Shown here piece by piece: positions 12,392-22,675 of a stretch of 51,734 nucleotides of DNA. Every line of letters begins with the position of its first letter. Within the stretch, counting starts at the first letter, position 1. The stretch spans positions 1 to 51,734 of the forward strand of contig RQSC01001193.1 of the NCBI GenBank assembly GCA_013416795.1, in the 5' to 3' direction. Under the pieces are notes generated by a model that worked only from the letters and a program-made list of their open reading frames with translations, was not told the origin of the DNA and ran no database searches. Made by a program: the position numbers and the translations under genes. The DNA is from Prasinococcaceae sp. CCMP 1430. Taxonomy: Eukaryota > Plantae > Prasinodermophyta.

Positions 12392-12400
12392 AAACCCTAA
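12392..12400 (+). promoter_or_regulatory. Telo-box (AAACCCTAA) upstream of Y14
   Basis: Exact motif about 185 bp before the ATG. Similar motifs at 234, 252, 15092, 18951(-), 24280, 24698(-) and 31864(-). Confidence 0.55.
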
Positions 12401-12584
12401 TTAATACCCTTAACATATCTTTCAAGAGCCCCAAGCGCCTCAGAGCGCTGCGCAGAGCAGCGCCATACCCAGCGCGGTGTGCACCTCCTGGCCGGTGCGG
12501 CCTGTGGAGCCGCAGGCGCGGGCACCTGTGCCGACAACGACGGCGACGACGAGGTGGACAGGTGGCGCCGGCGTGGTCGTGACG

Positions 12585-13342
12585 ATGGCGGCGCCAGGCG
12601 GTGGCGCCGGCGCTGTGCAGCGACGCGGCCGCGGCTTCGAGCAGCGCGAGGGCGCGAGGACGGGGGCGGCAGCAGGGTACGACCGACTCCCCGAGCGCGG
12701 CGGGCGCAAGGTAAGCATTGCTGTCGCATGTGCTCGTGTGCTGGCGCTCGCACTCGCGTGCTCCTGCGCGCGCGACAGTGCGTGACCGCGAAGCACGGCG
12801 CCTGGCGCACGCGCGTCCTGGCCACTCTCTGACACCGTGTCATGCCGCATGCATGGCACGCCCACGTGCGGAACGGTCACACAGGGCGTGGGCGCCAATG
12901 TCGCGGAGTCGGCCAACGGCTGGGTGCTCGTCGTCACGGGTGTCCACGAAGAGATGCAGGAGGACGACCTGCAAGACGCCTTTGCTGATTACGGCGAGGT
13001 ACGCGCGATGCACATGAACCTCGACAGGCGGACGGGATATGTCAAGGGGTATGCGCTGCTGGAGTTCAAGGTGAGCGAGCGAACGCGCCGCCTCGAATCC
13101 AAGCACGCACGTGATGGCCGCTCTGCACCATCCTAACTTGCGCACGTGCCTCTTCACCCCCTCTTGCCCGCGCCCCTGTCACTTTTCTCTCCTAGGACTA
13201 CTCTGAGGCCAAGGAGGCCAAGGAGGCGATGGACGGCGCGAGAGTGCTGGGAAAGGAAATCAGCGTGGACTGGGCGTTCGTTAAGCATCCAGCGAGGCGA
13301 AGGCGAGGCGGCGCTGAGGCGGGGCAGTCTTCAGCTGAGTAA
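12585..13342 (+). CDS. RBM8A: Exon-junction complex RRM protein Y14/RBM8A; join(12585..12710,12885..13070,13196..13342)
   Basis: [45 protein letters not shown] and ISVDWAFV match Y14. Two GT-AG introns are in phase. Confidence 0.95.
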
Positions 13343-13435
13343 TAAGAGTTGAGTCTACAGTATGTCACAGAGTTTGCGGCCTGGGTGTGCGCAGGTCCTT
13401 GTCGCGCCAGAGAAGGTACGAGCGGCCGTGCTATC

Positions 13436-13987
13436 CTACCGTCGCCAGGGTTGGACCTTGGAGGCGTAGCCGTCAGCGACTGCATTGCTGGCTCGTGCGC
13501 TACCCTCGATCGACTCCACAAGGCGCACCGCCGACTTGTCGCGCTCGAGTTCCTCCCTCGCGTAGCTGTCCAACAGCCGCTGGCTGCCCTGCTTGCAGAG
13601 CGTGTCCACGCACAGGTTGCGCCTGTCGAGCGCATCGCGTACTGTGGCGTCCGTCGCAATGCACGGGCCGCATACTAGCGCGAGCGACACACCGCCGTTG
13701 CCTCGATGCCGCACGTGGAACAAGCCCCGCTGCACCTCGGCCTCGGAGCGTCTACAGCGCGCACACGAGCTGCCGGCGTACATCCGCACCCACGGCCGCC
13801 GTCCGAGCGCGGCGCGCTGGCGCGCGCTGCGCGGCATAGCAGCCGTGCACCTGCGGCGCAGCACGAGCTCCGCCGCCTCCGCCCAGGCGCGGCACACGCG
13901 CATCGCGCTGAGCACCTCGGCTCCGGGCAGGTGCTCGAGCACCAGCGCGACCACCTCCGGTCGCAGGTCTGCCACGCAGCAGCCCAT
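13436..13987 (-). CDS. Small F-box protein (183 aa) with N-terminal MGCC and two CxxC motifs
   Basis: F-box-like DLRPEVVALVLEHLPGAEVLSAMRVCRAWAEAA directly after ATG 13987. CARC and CGPC lie downstream. Confidence 0.7.
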   Translation of the reverse strand: MGCCVADLRPEVVALVLEHLPGAEVLSAMRVCRAWAEAAELVLRRRCTAAMPRSARQRAALGRRPWVRMYAGSSCARCRRSEAEVQRGLFHVRHRGNGGVSLALVCGPCIATDATVRDALDRRNLCVDTLCKQGSQRLLDSYAREELERDKSAVRLVESIEGSARASNAVADGYASKVQPWRR

Positions 13988-14115
13988 CGCCTGCCCCGCT
14001 GACCAGCACGTCGCTGCGCGACGACACACACCCGTGGCCGGCGCGGCTCTGGCCACCCGATCGATACGGCCACCAAGAGACGCCCTGCACGCGCACGCGC
14101 CCAGTGTCTCGATGC

Positions 14116-14180
14116 CAGACGGCCGTGCGGCCGCGCGGCCGCCTGGCAGACGGCCGTGCGGCCGCGCGGCCGCCTGGCAG
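14116..14180. repeat. Perfect 31-bp tandem duplication upstream of the F-box gene
   Basis: cagacggccgtgcggccgcgcggccgcctgg at 14116-14146 and 14147-14177, followed by cag. Confidence 0.9.
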
Positions 14181-14524
14181 CGCCCGCTCAGGTGGCCGCG
14201 TGCACGCGCGGCCCCTGCGAGCGGCGCACGCGCAGTGTGGCGCTGCGGAACCTGCCAAAGGCATCTGAGAACGGAGAATCGAGTGGAGTGGCGCTGGCGG
14301 CGCCTCACCCCCCTGCCCGCGCGCGTGGCGCGCAGCGTTCGTCTGGCAGTCAGAGGCTCACGCACTCTCTCGGGGTAAGCTCGACGCAGAGCCCTGCGTG
14401 ACGCCCTGCGTGAGTCCGCGCGTGTGTGCGGCACGCTGGCACGGCCTCGCAGGTGTGCACCCGGGTAATCAACAAAGGAGACAAAATTTTTAGTGCCGCT
14501 GGAGCGCGCACTCGGCGGCTGCGC

Positions 14525-15379
14525 TCAGTGCTTATCTGCATGCTCCGGCAGGTGCTGCGCGGGGCGCAGGGCGGAGGCGGTGCCAGGACGGAGCGCGGCA
14601 AACGCACGCGCGTGCGCGGCGACCATGTCAGCCATCCAAGTGGCCGCGGCGGGGGAACTCGCAGCGCTCGAAGGCGCGCGCCCAGCGAGCGAGGCGCAGG
14701 CGCAGCGCGCGACGCCGGAAGCGACTCACCATGAAGTGCATGTCGCCCAGGAAGCTAACCCTCCAGTTGTTGTAGCCCTTGTAGAACACCCAGCTCCTGT
14801 GTGGTGCGCGTGACGGCCGAGTCGGGGATGGCGAGGCAAAGGGCGGTCGAGGCAGGGCGTCGGTGCAGCAGCGGCGGCGTCAGCCGACGCAAGGAGCAAC
14901 ACAACAGAAAAGGACGACGGAGCGAGCGTCCCAACCTCCAGCTCTGCCGGCCCGCCGCTCGGCCGCAGCGGGCGCCCGCGCACCCACAGCGACTCGTTTT
15001 CATCTCGACGCTGGCGCGCTGGGCATGGCGCCGTACACCACCACCACCACGAGCTGCAGGCCGGCGCTCGGCCGCTCGAGCACTCATTGCGAACCCTAAT
15101 ACCCCTCACCCCACCCAGCACCGGGCGCATGTACACCTCGGCGCGGCGCGACGCACAGCGCGCAGCGCGGGGTCGCCACCCCCGGGCGGCAGCGCGACGC
15201 ACCACATGGTGGCCCCCACAGCGAACGCAAGCGTCTTCATGGTCGGGCTCGCCTCGTGCAGCGTGAGGCCCGCGTGCGTCACCGAGGCGTGCGGGCCCTG
15301 CTCGCCGCCGGCGGGCGCGCCGTACGCGCGCGTGAGCCGCCGCGCGGCGCGCGAGGCCCGCCGCCGCGCCGGAGAGCAT
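14525..15379 (-). CDS. NDUFB2: Mitochondrial complex I subunit NDUFB2 (AGGG)-like; exons 15379-15203, 14796-14730, 14554-14525; frame break in exon 1
   Basis: Not present as one ORF in the track. The spliced product VTHAGLTLHEASPTMKTLAFAVGATMWSWVFYKGYNNWRVSFLGDMHFMHLPEHADKH resembles recalled plant NDUFB2 (ITYKGVTVH...AVMWFWILYRAKQDGPVVMGWRHPW). Donors gtgcgt and gtgagt, acceptors cag. The ATG at 15379 is out of frame by one base. Confidence 0.7.
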
Positions 15380-15824
15380 GTCCGTCGCCTTCGAGCCGGA
15401 CGAAGGGGGGGGAGAGAGAGAGAGAAGGCGGGGCGGGGAGGGGGGTGCACCCGCCCGACCGCGCCCACGCCCCGCGCGCCGAGTGGCGCAGGCGCAACAG
15501 CCAGCGATTTTGATTTAGTTAGAATTCACGCATCTCGAATCCACACGGAAAAGGAAAATCACGAGAGAATCGCACTCTAAATCTCGCCTCGCCGTGGTAC
15601 GAAGGCGATTTGACCAGCCGCAGGAGCACGCCACGCCGCATTGGAAGTTCCTCAAACGAGCGGCGTGACCTGAGCGAGGTGGAGGTCAAAAAGCTCCTCA
15701 CGGATCCGCTTACGTTCATTTTCACCTCGATGCCGCAGGCGCGCGGAGCGTCCCAGAGAGCGCTATTGGGGCCGCGCTCGGACGCGCGGCGCCATAACTG
15801 CGACGCCCGAGCGCGCGCGCGCGC

Positions 15825-15826
<2 letters not shown>

Positions 15827-15920
<94 letters not shown>

Positions 15921-15921
15921 N
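15827..15921. repeat. Poly-C run (about 94 nt) ending in an n (probable scaffold join)
   Basis: Seen directly. The true length is unreliable. Confidence 0.85.
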
Positions 15922-16536
15922 GGCCGAGGGTGGCGTATGCGCGCCGCGTGGGCATCGCCGAGGCGCAGCGCGCGACACGCGCACGCGCGCGCGGGTGCGC
16001 GCGCGCGTGCTCGCTGGGCGCCCTGTGCCCTGTGTGTCCGCGCTGTGCCGCGCGCGCCGTGAGAGTGCTCGGCGCCGCGCATGCCCGCCCTCGGGAGGGT
16101 GCGGGGGCATTCGCGCGGGCTGGCGGGCGAGCCTGCGCGCACGAGCCTGCGCCGTGGCGCAATCGCACGCGGCCGTTCGCAGAGGCCGGGAGCGGGTCGG
16201 CTGCGGCACGGGCTGCAGGCGCAGCGGCCGGCCGGCCCGCCGCATAGGAGGGGGTGAAAAACTGCGCCTGCGTGTGCAGATGGAGCAGGCGTAGGGTGGC
16301 GCCGCGGCACCATGCGCGGATGGGCGGCACGCACCCGCCGCGCGGGTGGTCGCGTCGCGGCTTGCCCTGGGCGGTAGCAACGTGCCAGCGCGCACGCCCG
16401 CTGACCCATGCGCTGGTCGTGCGACCTCATGTTGGGCACCTCGCTCCTGACCGCGGTGGGCGACGCTATGGCTGCGTTTGCCAACGCCCCGTTGCGCTGC
16501 GCATCACCTGCGCGTTCGCAACATCGGCGCACACAG

Positions 16537-17220
16537 GCCATGAAGAAGGTGTCGTCCATGACCCAGGGCGACCAGGAGCTCTCCGTGGAGGAGCGGAACC
16601 TGCTGTCGGTGGGCTACAAGAACGTGATCGGCGCGCGCCGCGCGTCGTGGCGCGTGATGTCGTCCATCGAGCAGAAGGAGCGCAGCAAGGGCGAGGATGA
16701 CAACGCGTCGCGCGTTGCGGAGTACCGCGCGCGCGTTGAGGAGGAGCTCAAGGGCATCTGTGACGACGTCCTTGAGACGCTTGACAGCCACCTCATCGCC
16801 AACGCGGTCAACGAGGAGTCCAAGGTGTTCTACCTCAAGATGAAGGGCGACTACTACCGCTACCTTGCCGAGTTCCAGCAGGGCGACGAGAAGAACAACA
16901 GCGCCGAGTCAAGCCTCATGACGTACAAGAAGGCAAGCGATATTGCAGGCAACGCGATGAACCCCACGCACCCCATCCGCCTTGGTCTCGCTCTCAACTT
17001 TTCGGTCTTCTACTACGAGGTCCTCCAGTCGCCCGAGAAGGCCTGCAACCTCGCCAAGACCGCGTTCGACGACGCCATCCAGGAGCTCGACACGCTCTCT
17101 GAGGAGGCCTACAAGGACTCGACGCTCATCATGCAGCTGCTTCGCGACAACCTGACGCTGTGGACCTCGGACAGCAAGGATGACTTGGGCGCCGCTGAGG
17201 GGGAGCTCGAGGAGGCCTGA
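16537..17220 (+). CDS. 14-3-3: 14-3-3 protein, main exon; 5' exon(s) not resolved
   Basis: [66 protein letters not shown]-like [19 protein letters not shown]. Acceptor cag at 16534-16536. The expected N-terminal LAEQAERY segment was not found. Confidence 0.97.
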   Translation, partial: AMKKVSSMTQGDQELSVEERNLLSVGYKNVIGARRASWRVMSSIEQKERSKGEDDNASRVAEYRARVEEELKGICDDVLETLDSHLIANAVNEESKVFYLKMKGDYYRYLAEFQQGDEKNNSAESSLMTYKKASDIAGNAMNPTHPIRLGLALNFSVFYYEVLQSPEKACNLAKTAFDDAIQELDTLSEEAYKDSTLIMQLLRDNLTLWTSDSKDDLGAAEGELEEA

Positions 17221-17496
17221 GCCGCCTCAGCATTTCTAGGCACGCAGCAAGGGGGATTCAGACAGAGGGCGAGCGCCACGCGCTCGTGCCACACATGTGG
17301 CATTGAGATGCGGCCGGCGCCCCGCACAGGGACACACTTACACACACAGACACAGAGGCTGGCCGCGCGTCGCCGCGGCAGCTGGCACATGCTACGTCCA
17401 TAGCAGGGGCAGCCGTATTCGCGCGCGCCGTGTCGCTCGCTTGGCGGAGGGAGCGGCGGCGCCGTGCGTGGCTCTGTAACAACACAATGTTCTTTC

Positions 17497-18606
17497 TCAC
17501 TGGTCGGTGATCTTCACGCCTGGCACGGTGTAGTTGAGCGTGCCGCGGCCCCCATCGACGTATATGGTCTCACCCGTGATATAGGAGGCGTCGTCGGACA
17601 GCAGGAAGCCCACCGTCTTGCCGATCTCCTCAGGTTCGCCCACGCGGCCCATGGGCGTTCGCGCGAGCACCTTGTGCGGCACGCTCTCGCCGTTCACTGC
17701 GGTAGCGAGCGCGCGGGGTCGCGCAGGGGCCGCCGAGGCATGCGCGAGATAGGGGCGGAAGGAGGGTGAGAAAAGGGGCGCAGCATCGGCACCACGCACA
17801 GGAAAGAGGATGCGTCGTGGGTGAGCGGGACGGGGCGGCCATGGGGGAAAGAGAATGCGATGCGGGCACTCGCGCGCTGGCGGGGGGGCGCGCCACTCGC
17901 GAGGAGGCTGCCGCGGCGCCGCTGCGTACTCAGGATGCCGGATCGGCACCGATGTCTCACCTTCCTTGAACACTTCTGTGGCGATGGAGCCCGGTGCAAC
18001 GGCATTGACGCGGACGTCGCTTTGCGCGAGCTCGAGCGCCGCGCAGCGCGTGAGCTGCGCGACGCCACCCTTGGCCGCGCAGTAGTTTGCGATAGTCGGA
18101 ATGGTGAGCTTGTCGTTCACGCTGCTCATGGTCACGATGGCACCACCCCGGGGCTGCTGCGCTACCATCTGGCGGGCGGCGACCTGGACGGAGAGGAAGA
18201 CGCCCTTGAGGTTGACGTCGATGACGCTGCCAAACTCCTCGTCGGTCATTTCCAGAAACGGCGCCGCGCGCACGATGCCCGCGTTGGCGACGAGGCAGTC
18301 GAGGCGGCCGTGCTTCTCGACGGTGTGGGCGACGGCAGCCTCGACGCTGGCCCTCTTCGCGACGTCGCACGCCACGAACGTGGCGCCGGAAGCCGGCACC
18401 TCCGCCGCGAGTGCCGCCGCGGCCGCCGCACCGCTCTCCGCCGCAACGTCGCTCAGCACGACCTTAGCGCCGCGCGACGCGAGCACCCTGGCCGTCGCGA
18501 GGCCGATGCCGCGCGACGCACCCGTCACGAGGCACACCTTACCCGTGAGCAAAGCCACTGCGGGGAGAGGTGGGGGTGGGGCGTGGGAGGGCGCGCGGGC
18601 GCTCAC
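17497..18606 (-). CDS. Classical short-chain dehydrogenase/reductase; complement(join(17497..17696,17961..18606)), 281 aa
   Basis: VTGASRGIG, NAG, YCAAK, VNAVAPG and TGETIYVDGG. The 264-nt intron 17697..17960 (gtgaga...cgcag) is in frame and stop-free. Confidence 0.9.
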   Translation of the reverse strand: MSARAPSHAPPPPLPAVALLTGKVCLVTGASRGIGLATARVLASRGAKVVLSDVAAESGAAAAAALAAEVPASGATFVACDVAKRASVEAAVAHTVEKHGRLDCLVANAGIVRAAPFLEMTDEEFGSVIDVNLKGVFLSVQVAARQMVAQQPRGGAIVTMSSVNDKLTIPTIANYCAAKGGVAQLTRCAALELAQSDVRVNAVAPGSIATEVFKEGETSVPIRHPEYAAAPRQPPREWRAPPPARECPHRILFPPWPPRPAHPRRILFPVRGADAAPLFSPSFRPYLAHASAAPARPRALATAVNGESVPHKVLARTPMGRVGEPEEIGKTVGFLLSDDASYITGETIYVDGGRGTLNYTVPGVKITDQ

Positions 18607-19159
18607 GCGTCAGCCAGATGGATGCGCTGCGCTGCGCGCGCGCGACTCTCCCTTGCCGCGCGAGGCGCGAGGCGCGAGGCGCGCGCGCAGGCCGCGCAAG
18701 GCCGCGCGCAGGCGCGCACGCACTGATTGCCGCGCGCCGCGTGCCGGTGCTGCTCGCGATCGGCTCCGGCCGTCGGGGGGCTCGAACCTCGGCGCCAGGC
18801 GCGCGCGGTGTGCCTGAGGCCACCCACCGCCCACAGCGCGCTGCCGGCGCCACGCTGGCGCAGAGGCGTGACGCGGTTTGGGGTTGTAATTTGGGTTTGT
18901 TACGCGCGCGGGCGTGGCAGAATAGCATTGGCAAGGACTGAATCCAGACCTTAGGGTTACTATTGCCCATCACACCGCATGCGAGTCTCGAAAGGGCTGG
19001 CACGGGGCGCGGGCGGGCGTGGCGGCTGGGGAAAGCAGGCGCGGAGGAGAGGGGCAGAGTGCGCCGCGTGGGCCGCGGGTCCTCTTACGTGCATGCAGCT
19101 GCAGAGTTTTGTACAGTTTGGGAGGGGGGCGCGGCGCTGCGCCCCAGAGGGGGGCCACT

Positions 19160-20420
19160 TCACGGCTCGGAGCTGCCGATCGACAGGAAGCTCTCCATTG
19201 CAGTGGCCGCGGCGGGCGGCCATTTGCGCGTGTCTCTGATCCACTCCATGTCTCGGTAGCGCGTGTCGCTCACCCGGTTCCACTCGTCCTCCGCCTCGGC
19301 CTCGAGCCCCTCGGCCCACAGCATCGCCGCGAGGGCCGCGCGCGCGTCGGGGAACTCCGGGTACCGCCGCAGGAGCGAGCGCGCCCTGCGGATGGCGTCG
19401 CGTCGCTCGTCGAGCTGCCAGAGCGCCAGCGCCTCGTTGACGCCCGCGAAGGCGAACTGCGGCGCGAGGAAGGCCGCGCGCCGGTAGTCCTCCGCGGCCT
19501 CCTCGTAGCGGCCCAGCCCGGACTTGGCGTTGCCCAAGTTGTTCCACGCCGCCGGATCCTCTGGTGAGACCTCAAGCACAGACTCGTAGTCCTGAATGGC
19601 CAGCGCGTACTTGCCCTGCGCCTCGTAGACAACGCCGCGGTTGAGCACCGGATCAGGCGCCCAGGGCGCGATTGCGATGGACTTGTCGTAGTCGCGCAGC
19701 GCGTCGTTGAGTTTGCCCATGCGCGAGCGCACGTTGCCGCGGTTTCCCAGCGCGCGGGAGAGCAAGTCGTCCCTCCACGCCGCGCCCTTGAAGTCGTCCC
19801 CAGAATACGATTCGACGATCCTCGTCCACACGGCCTCCTCCGCCTTGGCGTCCGGTGCCGACAGCGCTGCGGGGGCGGCGCGCGCGCGCGGAATCCACGG
19901 GCGGGGCGCGGGCGTCAGCGAGAGCGCGCGGGCGCGGGCGCGCGGCTCAGGGGGCGGCGCGGTCGCTTCCACCCACACGCGCGCCTCTCCTGGCGGCGAG
20001 ATCAGCGCCCGTCCTCGGGCGGCAGCGCGCGCGCGCGCGACGCACCGCGCGAGAACAGCTCGGTCGCCTGGAGAAGATCCTTGTCGGCGGCGTCGTACGT
20101 CGACTGATCCGGCGCCAGCGCGAGGTCAATCGAGACCTTCTCCGCCAGCGCGCACCGCCCCGTCATGCTCACCCCGGCCGCTGCCGCGTACAGCAGCGCG
20201 CGCCTCGACGCCGCGAACGCGGGCAGTGGGTCGCCGTACGAGGCGTCCGCGAGCGCCCCGCGGTCGTCCTCGGAACCATCCTCCTCGACGACCGGGATTT
20301 GCTCCTCGCCGTCCGAGTCGGCCCCGGGCGGCGCGCCGTCCTCCAGCTGCTGCGGGGAGCCCTGGCTGCCCGCCGTGGGCGCGGCGACGCACTGCAGTCG
20401 CCAGCGTCTCCGCTGCGCCC
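19160..20420 (-). CDS. Cyanobacterial-type TPR protein with a twin-arginine thylakoid-lumen signal; intron 19867..20045; start unresolved
   Basis: TPRs ALGNRGNVRS, PVLNRGVVYE and AAWNNLGNAK. C-terminal DARAALAAMLW...RYRDMEWIRDTRKWPP. Signal SRRALLYAAAAGVSMTGRCALA. Confidence 0.8.
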
Positions 20421-21061
20421 CTGCGGCGTGCGTCCGCCCGCCCGCTCGCGCGGCGGCAGGTCGTATGAGGAGTGGGTGAACTGGGAGCTGCCCGCCGGGG
20501 GGGCGGTGAGTGCCAACCAGCTGCAGCGCGAGGCCAACGCCTTCGTGCAGCAGCTCGCGAAGGACGGCGCCGTGCCGGCGNGCGCGGCGGCGGCGGCGCG
20601 CGCGCGCGCGCGCGCTCTTTTTTTTTCGCGCTCTTTTTTTTTTTGCCGCCCGCCGCCGCCTTCCCAAATTCGCTGCGGAACCCTCCGTCTTTTCCCCCCC
20701 GCGCCGAATCCTTTGGAACACCGTCCCACATCGCGGAATGTCCGTTTCATTTTCTTCCGCCGCATTTTCAGGCGCCTAAAAAAGGATTTAAAAGAAGAAA
20801 AAAAGCAAAACCGTCCCGGCATCCTTTTTCCCTCCTTTTTTCCCCCCTCCCCCCCGCCGGACGCGGACGGGGCCGGGCTGGTGGGGCGAAGTCAGTCGGA
20901 CCGGGTCAGACCGGGTCGACCCGGACGGACACCCCCGAGATCCCCGGTCACGGCGGGGAGGGTCGGCAACGTCCCAGGGCAAGGGTACCCCTCCGTCCTC
21001 ACACACTCAAATAAATACAACCCCGCGGTTCCAGCACCGCACAGGTCCTCACACGCTCCCA

Positions 21062-22447
21062 TCAGCCAGGAACCTCAGGCTTTTTTTTTTTTTTAAATTT
21101 TTCCCGCCCGGAGCCCGTCCGGGGAGGTGCGGGCGCCCCCGCGCGCGCGCCTGGGGCCGCGCGTTGGCGCTGAGCTGGCACGCCGGGCGTCGCGTCGCGC
21201 GCGACGAGCGCGTACTCGCCCTCGGGCTGGCCAGCGGGCACGGGGCCCAGCGCGCCGATGCGCACAGAGCCGCGCTCCGTTCGGAACTCGCCGAGCGCGA
21301 CCGCCCTGGGAGGCGCCGGTGCCTGCTCGTCGCCCGCATCGTCGGCGGCGTTGCCGTCGCTGGTGTCGCCAGCCTCGGCGCTTTCGCTTTCGACCTCGAC
21401 CTCAACCAACGACTCGAGCCACTCTTCCTCAGCGCCCACTGCGGGCGGCGAGGGCACCAGCAGCATGCAAACGCGCCGGCCGGACTCGCCGACGGCCACC
21501 TCGGGCTGAGAAGGCTCCACCGGGCCAGCCTCGTCATCGCCCTCGTCGTCCTGGGCCGCGGCGGCGCCGTCGGTGCCCGCGGCTGCGCCATTTGCCTGCG
21601 CGGCGGGCTGAGCGGACGGAAGGAGGCACTCGATGACGATGGCGCTCGTGGGCTCGAGCATCTCTCCAGCCACGACGCTCAGCGTGGGCGCGCCTGCGCC
21701 CTCGGCATTGGCGTCGGCTTGGTCACCATCGCCCGCGGCGGGACTCAAAGCGAGCGCGAACCTATCGGGCACTGCCTCGAAGTGCCCTCGCACGAAGTCG
21801 CCCTCGTGCGTGAGCCCCGAGTCGCCCGAGGTGCGTGTGCCGCACCCGTGCGGCGCGTCTGCGTCCCACTCGCCCTCGTACGCGTCGCCCGAGGGCGTCT
21901 CCATGCGCCCCTGGCCGCTGCGAACGCCGCATTGGAACGCACCGGTGTACACTCCGCCGGAGCCATCGGCGCCGAAGGTGAGCTTCCCTTCGCCGTGCGG
22001 CAGACCCTCCTCGAACGCTCCATCGTAGACGTCGCCGTGGCGCGCGCTCAGCGTGCCGCGTCCGGATCTCCTGTTGCGGAAGAAGCCGCCTGAGTACTTC
22101 TCCGCGCCATCCGCGGACACGTGCGTGCCTTCGCCGTGCATCTCGCCCTCGACGAAGTCGCCCTCGTACGTTCGGCCATCGGCCCACGTCTTGCGCCCGC
22201 GGCCGGTGATTTCGCCCTCGAACATGTCGCCCTCGTACACCGTGCCATCGCCGAGCTCGAACCTTCCCCGGCCGTGCTTGAGGCCGTGCGCCCACTCGCC
22301 ATCGTACTTGAAGAACGCATTCGGGTAGACATAGCGGCCGGTGCCGTGGCGGCGCGCGTCGGCGCCGTAGTCGCCCTCGTAGCGCGAGGCGAGCGCCGAC
22401 CCCACGAGGGTCGTGCCACGCACCGCGGAGTGGGCGGGAGCGGCCAT
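21062..22447 (-). CDS. MORN1: MORN-repeat protein, MORN1-like; 3' end uncertain (low-quality sequence)
   Basis: About 8 YEG/YxG MORN repeats. YVYPNAFFKYDGEW, GEITGRG and later ESGRRV match recalled MORN1 features. Confidence 0.75.
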   Translation of the reverse strand: MAAPAHSAVRGTTLVGSALASRYEGDYGADARRHGTGRYVYPNAFFKYDGEWAHGLKHGRGRFELGDGTVYEGDMFEGEITGRGRKTWADGRTYEGDFVEGEMHGEGTHVSADGAEKYSGGFFRNRRSGRGTLSARHGDVYDGAFEEGLPHGEGKLTFGADGSGGVYTGAFQCGVRSGQGRMETPSGDAYEGEWDADAPHGCGTRTSGDSGLTHEGDFVRGHFEAVPDRFALALSPAAGDGDQADANAEGAGAPTLSVVAGEMLEPTSAIVIECLLPSAQPAAQANGAAAGTDGAAAAQDDEGDDEAGPVEPSQPEVAVGESGRRVCMLLVPSPPAVGAEEEWLESLVEVEVESESAEAGDTSDGNAADDAGDEQAPAPPRAVALGEFRTERGSVRIGALGPVPAGQPEGEYALVARDATPGVPAQRQRAAPGARAGAPAPPRTGSGREKFKKKKKPEVPG

Positions 22448-22675
22448 TCTTCCCGCCGCCCCCGATAGTCACGCGCCAGGGCTGGGGAAGAGGGGAGGGA
22501 GGAAGGGTCGGGGGGGGGAGGTGGGGATGCGGAGGGCGAGCCGCTCCGCCGAGCCGCGGATCCCCCTCCGCGATCGCGGCCCCGAGCGCCCCTCCCCCTC
22601 CCGGCGCGACCGGGCGCTCGCCCGCCGTGCGCCCTGTGGCGCCCGATGCGGCACGCGCCTTGCCAGCACACACAC

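Noticed and set aside
15003-15030. MPSAPASR-TGA as a selenoprotein start
   Set aside because: It lies in the NDUFB2 intron, the readthrough gives no recognisable protein, and no convincing SECIS was found.
15610-15740. Coding-looking segment (RDLSEVEVKKLLTDPLTFIF on plus, ENERKRIREELFDLHL on minus)
   Set aside because: No ATG or splice context, strand undecidable, and no family recognised.
15519-16559. Poly-Gly/poly-Pro ORFs
   Set aside because: They are read through the poly-C run and the n, so they are artefacts.
18770-18860. tRNA B-box-like GGTTCGAGCC on the minus strand (18779-18788)
   Set aside because: The T-stem is imperfect, and I could not build an A-box, acceptor stem or cloverleaf.
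20582-21120. A/T/C homopolymer-rich stretch (and the similar one at 31420-31870) as foreign DNA
   Set aside because: It looks like low-accuracy gap-fill or promoter/intron sequence. The Lys-rich ORFs there are artefacts.
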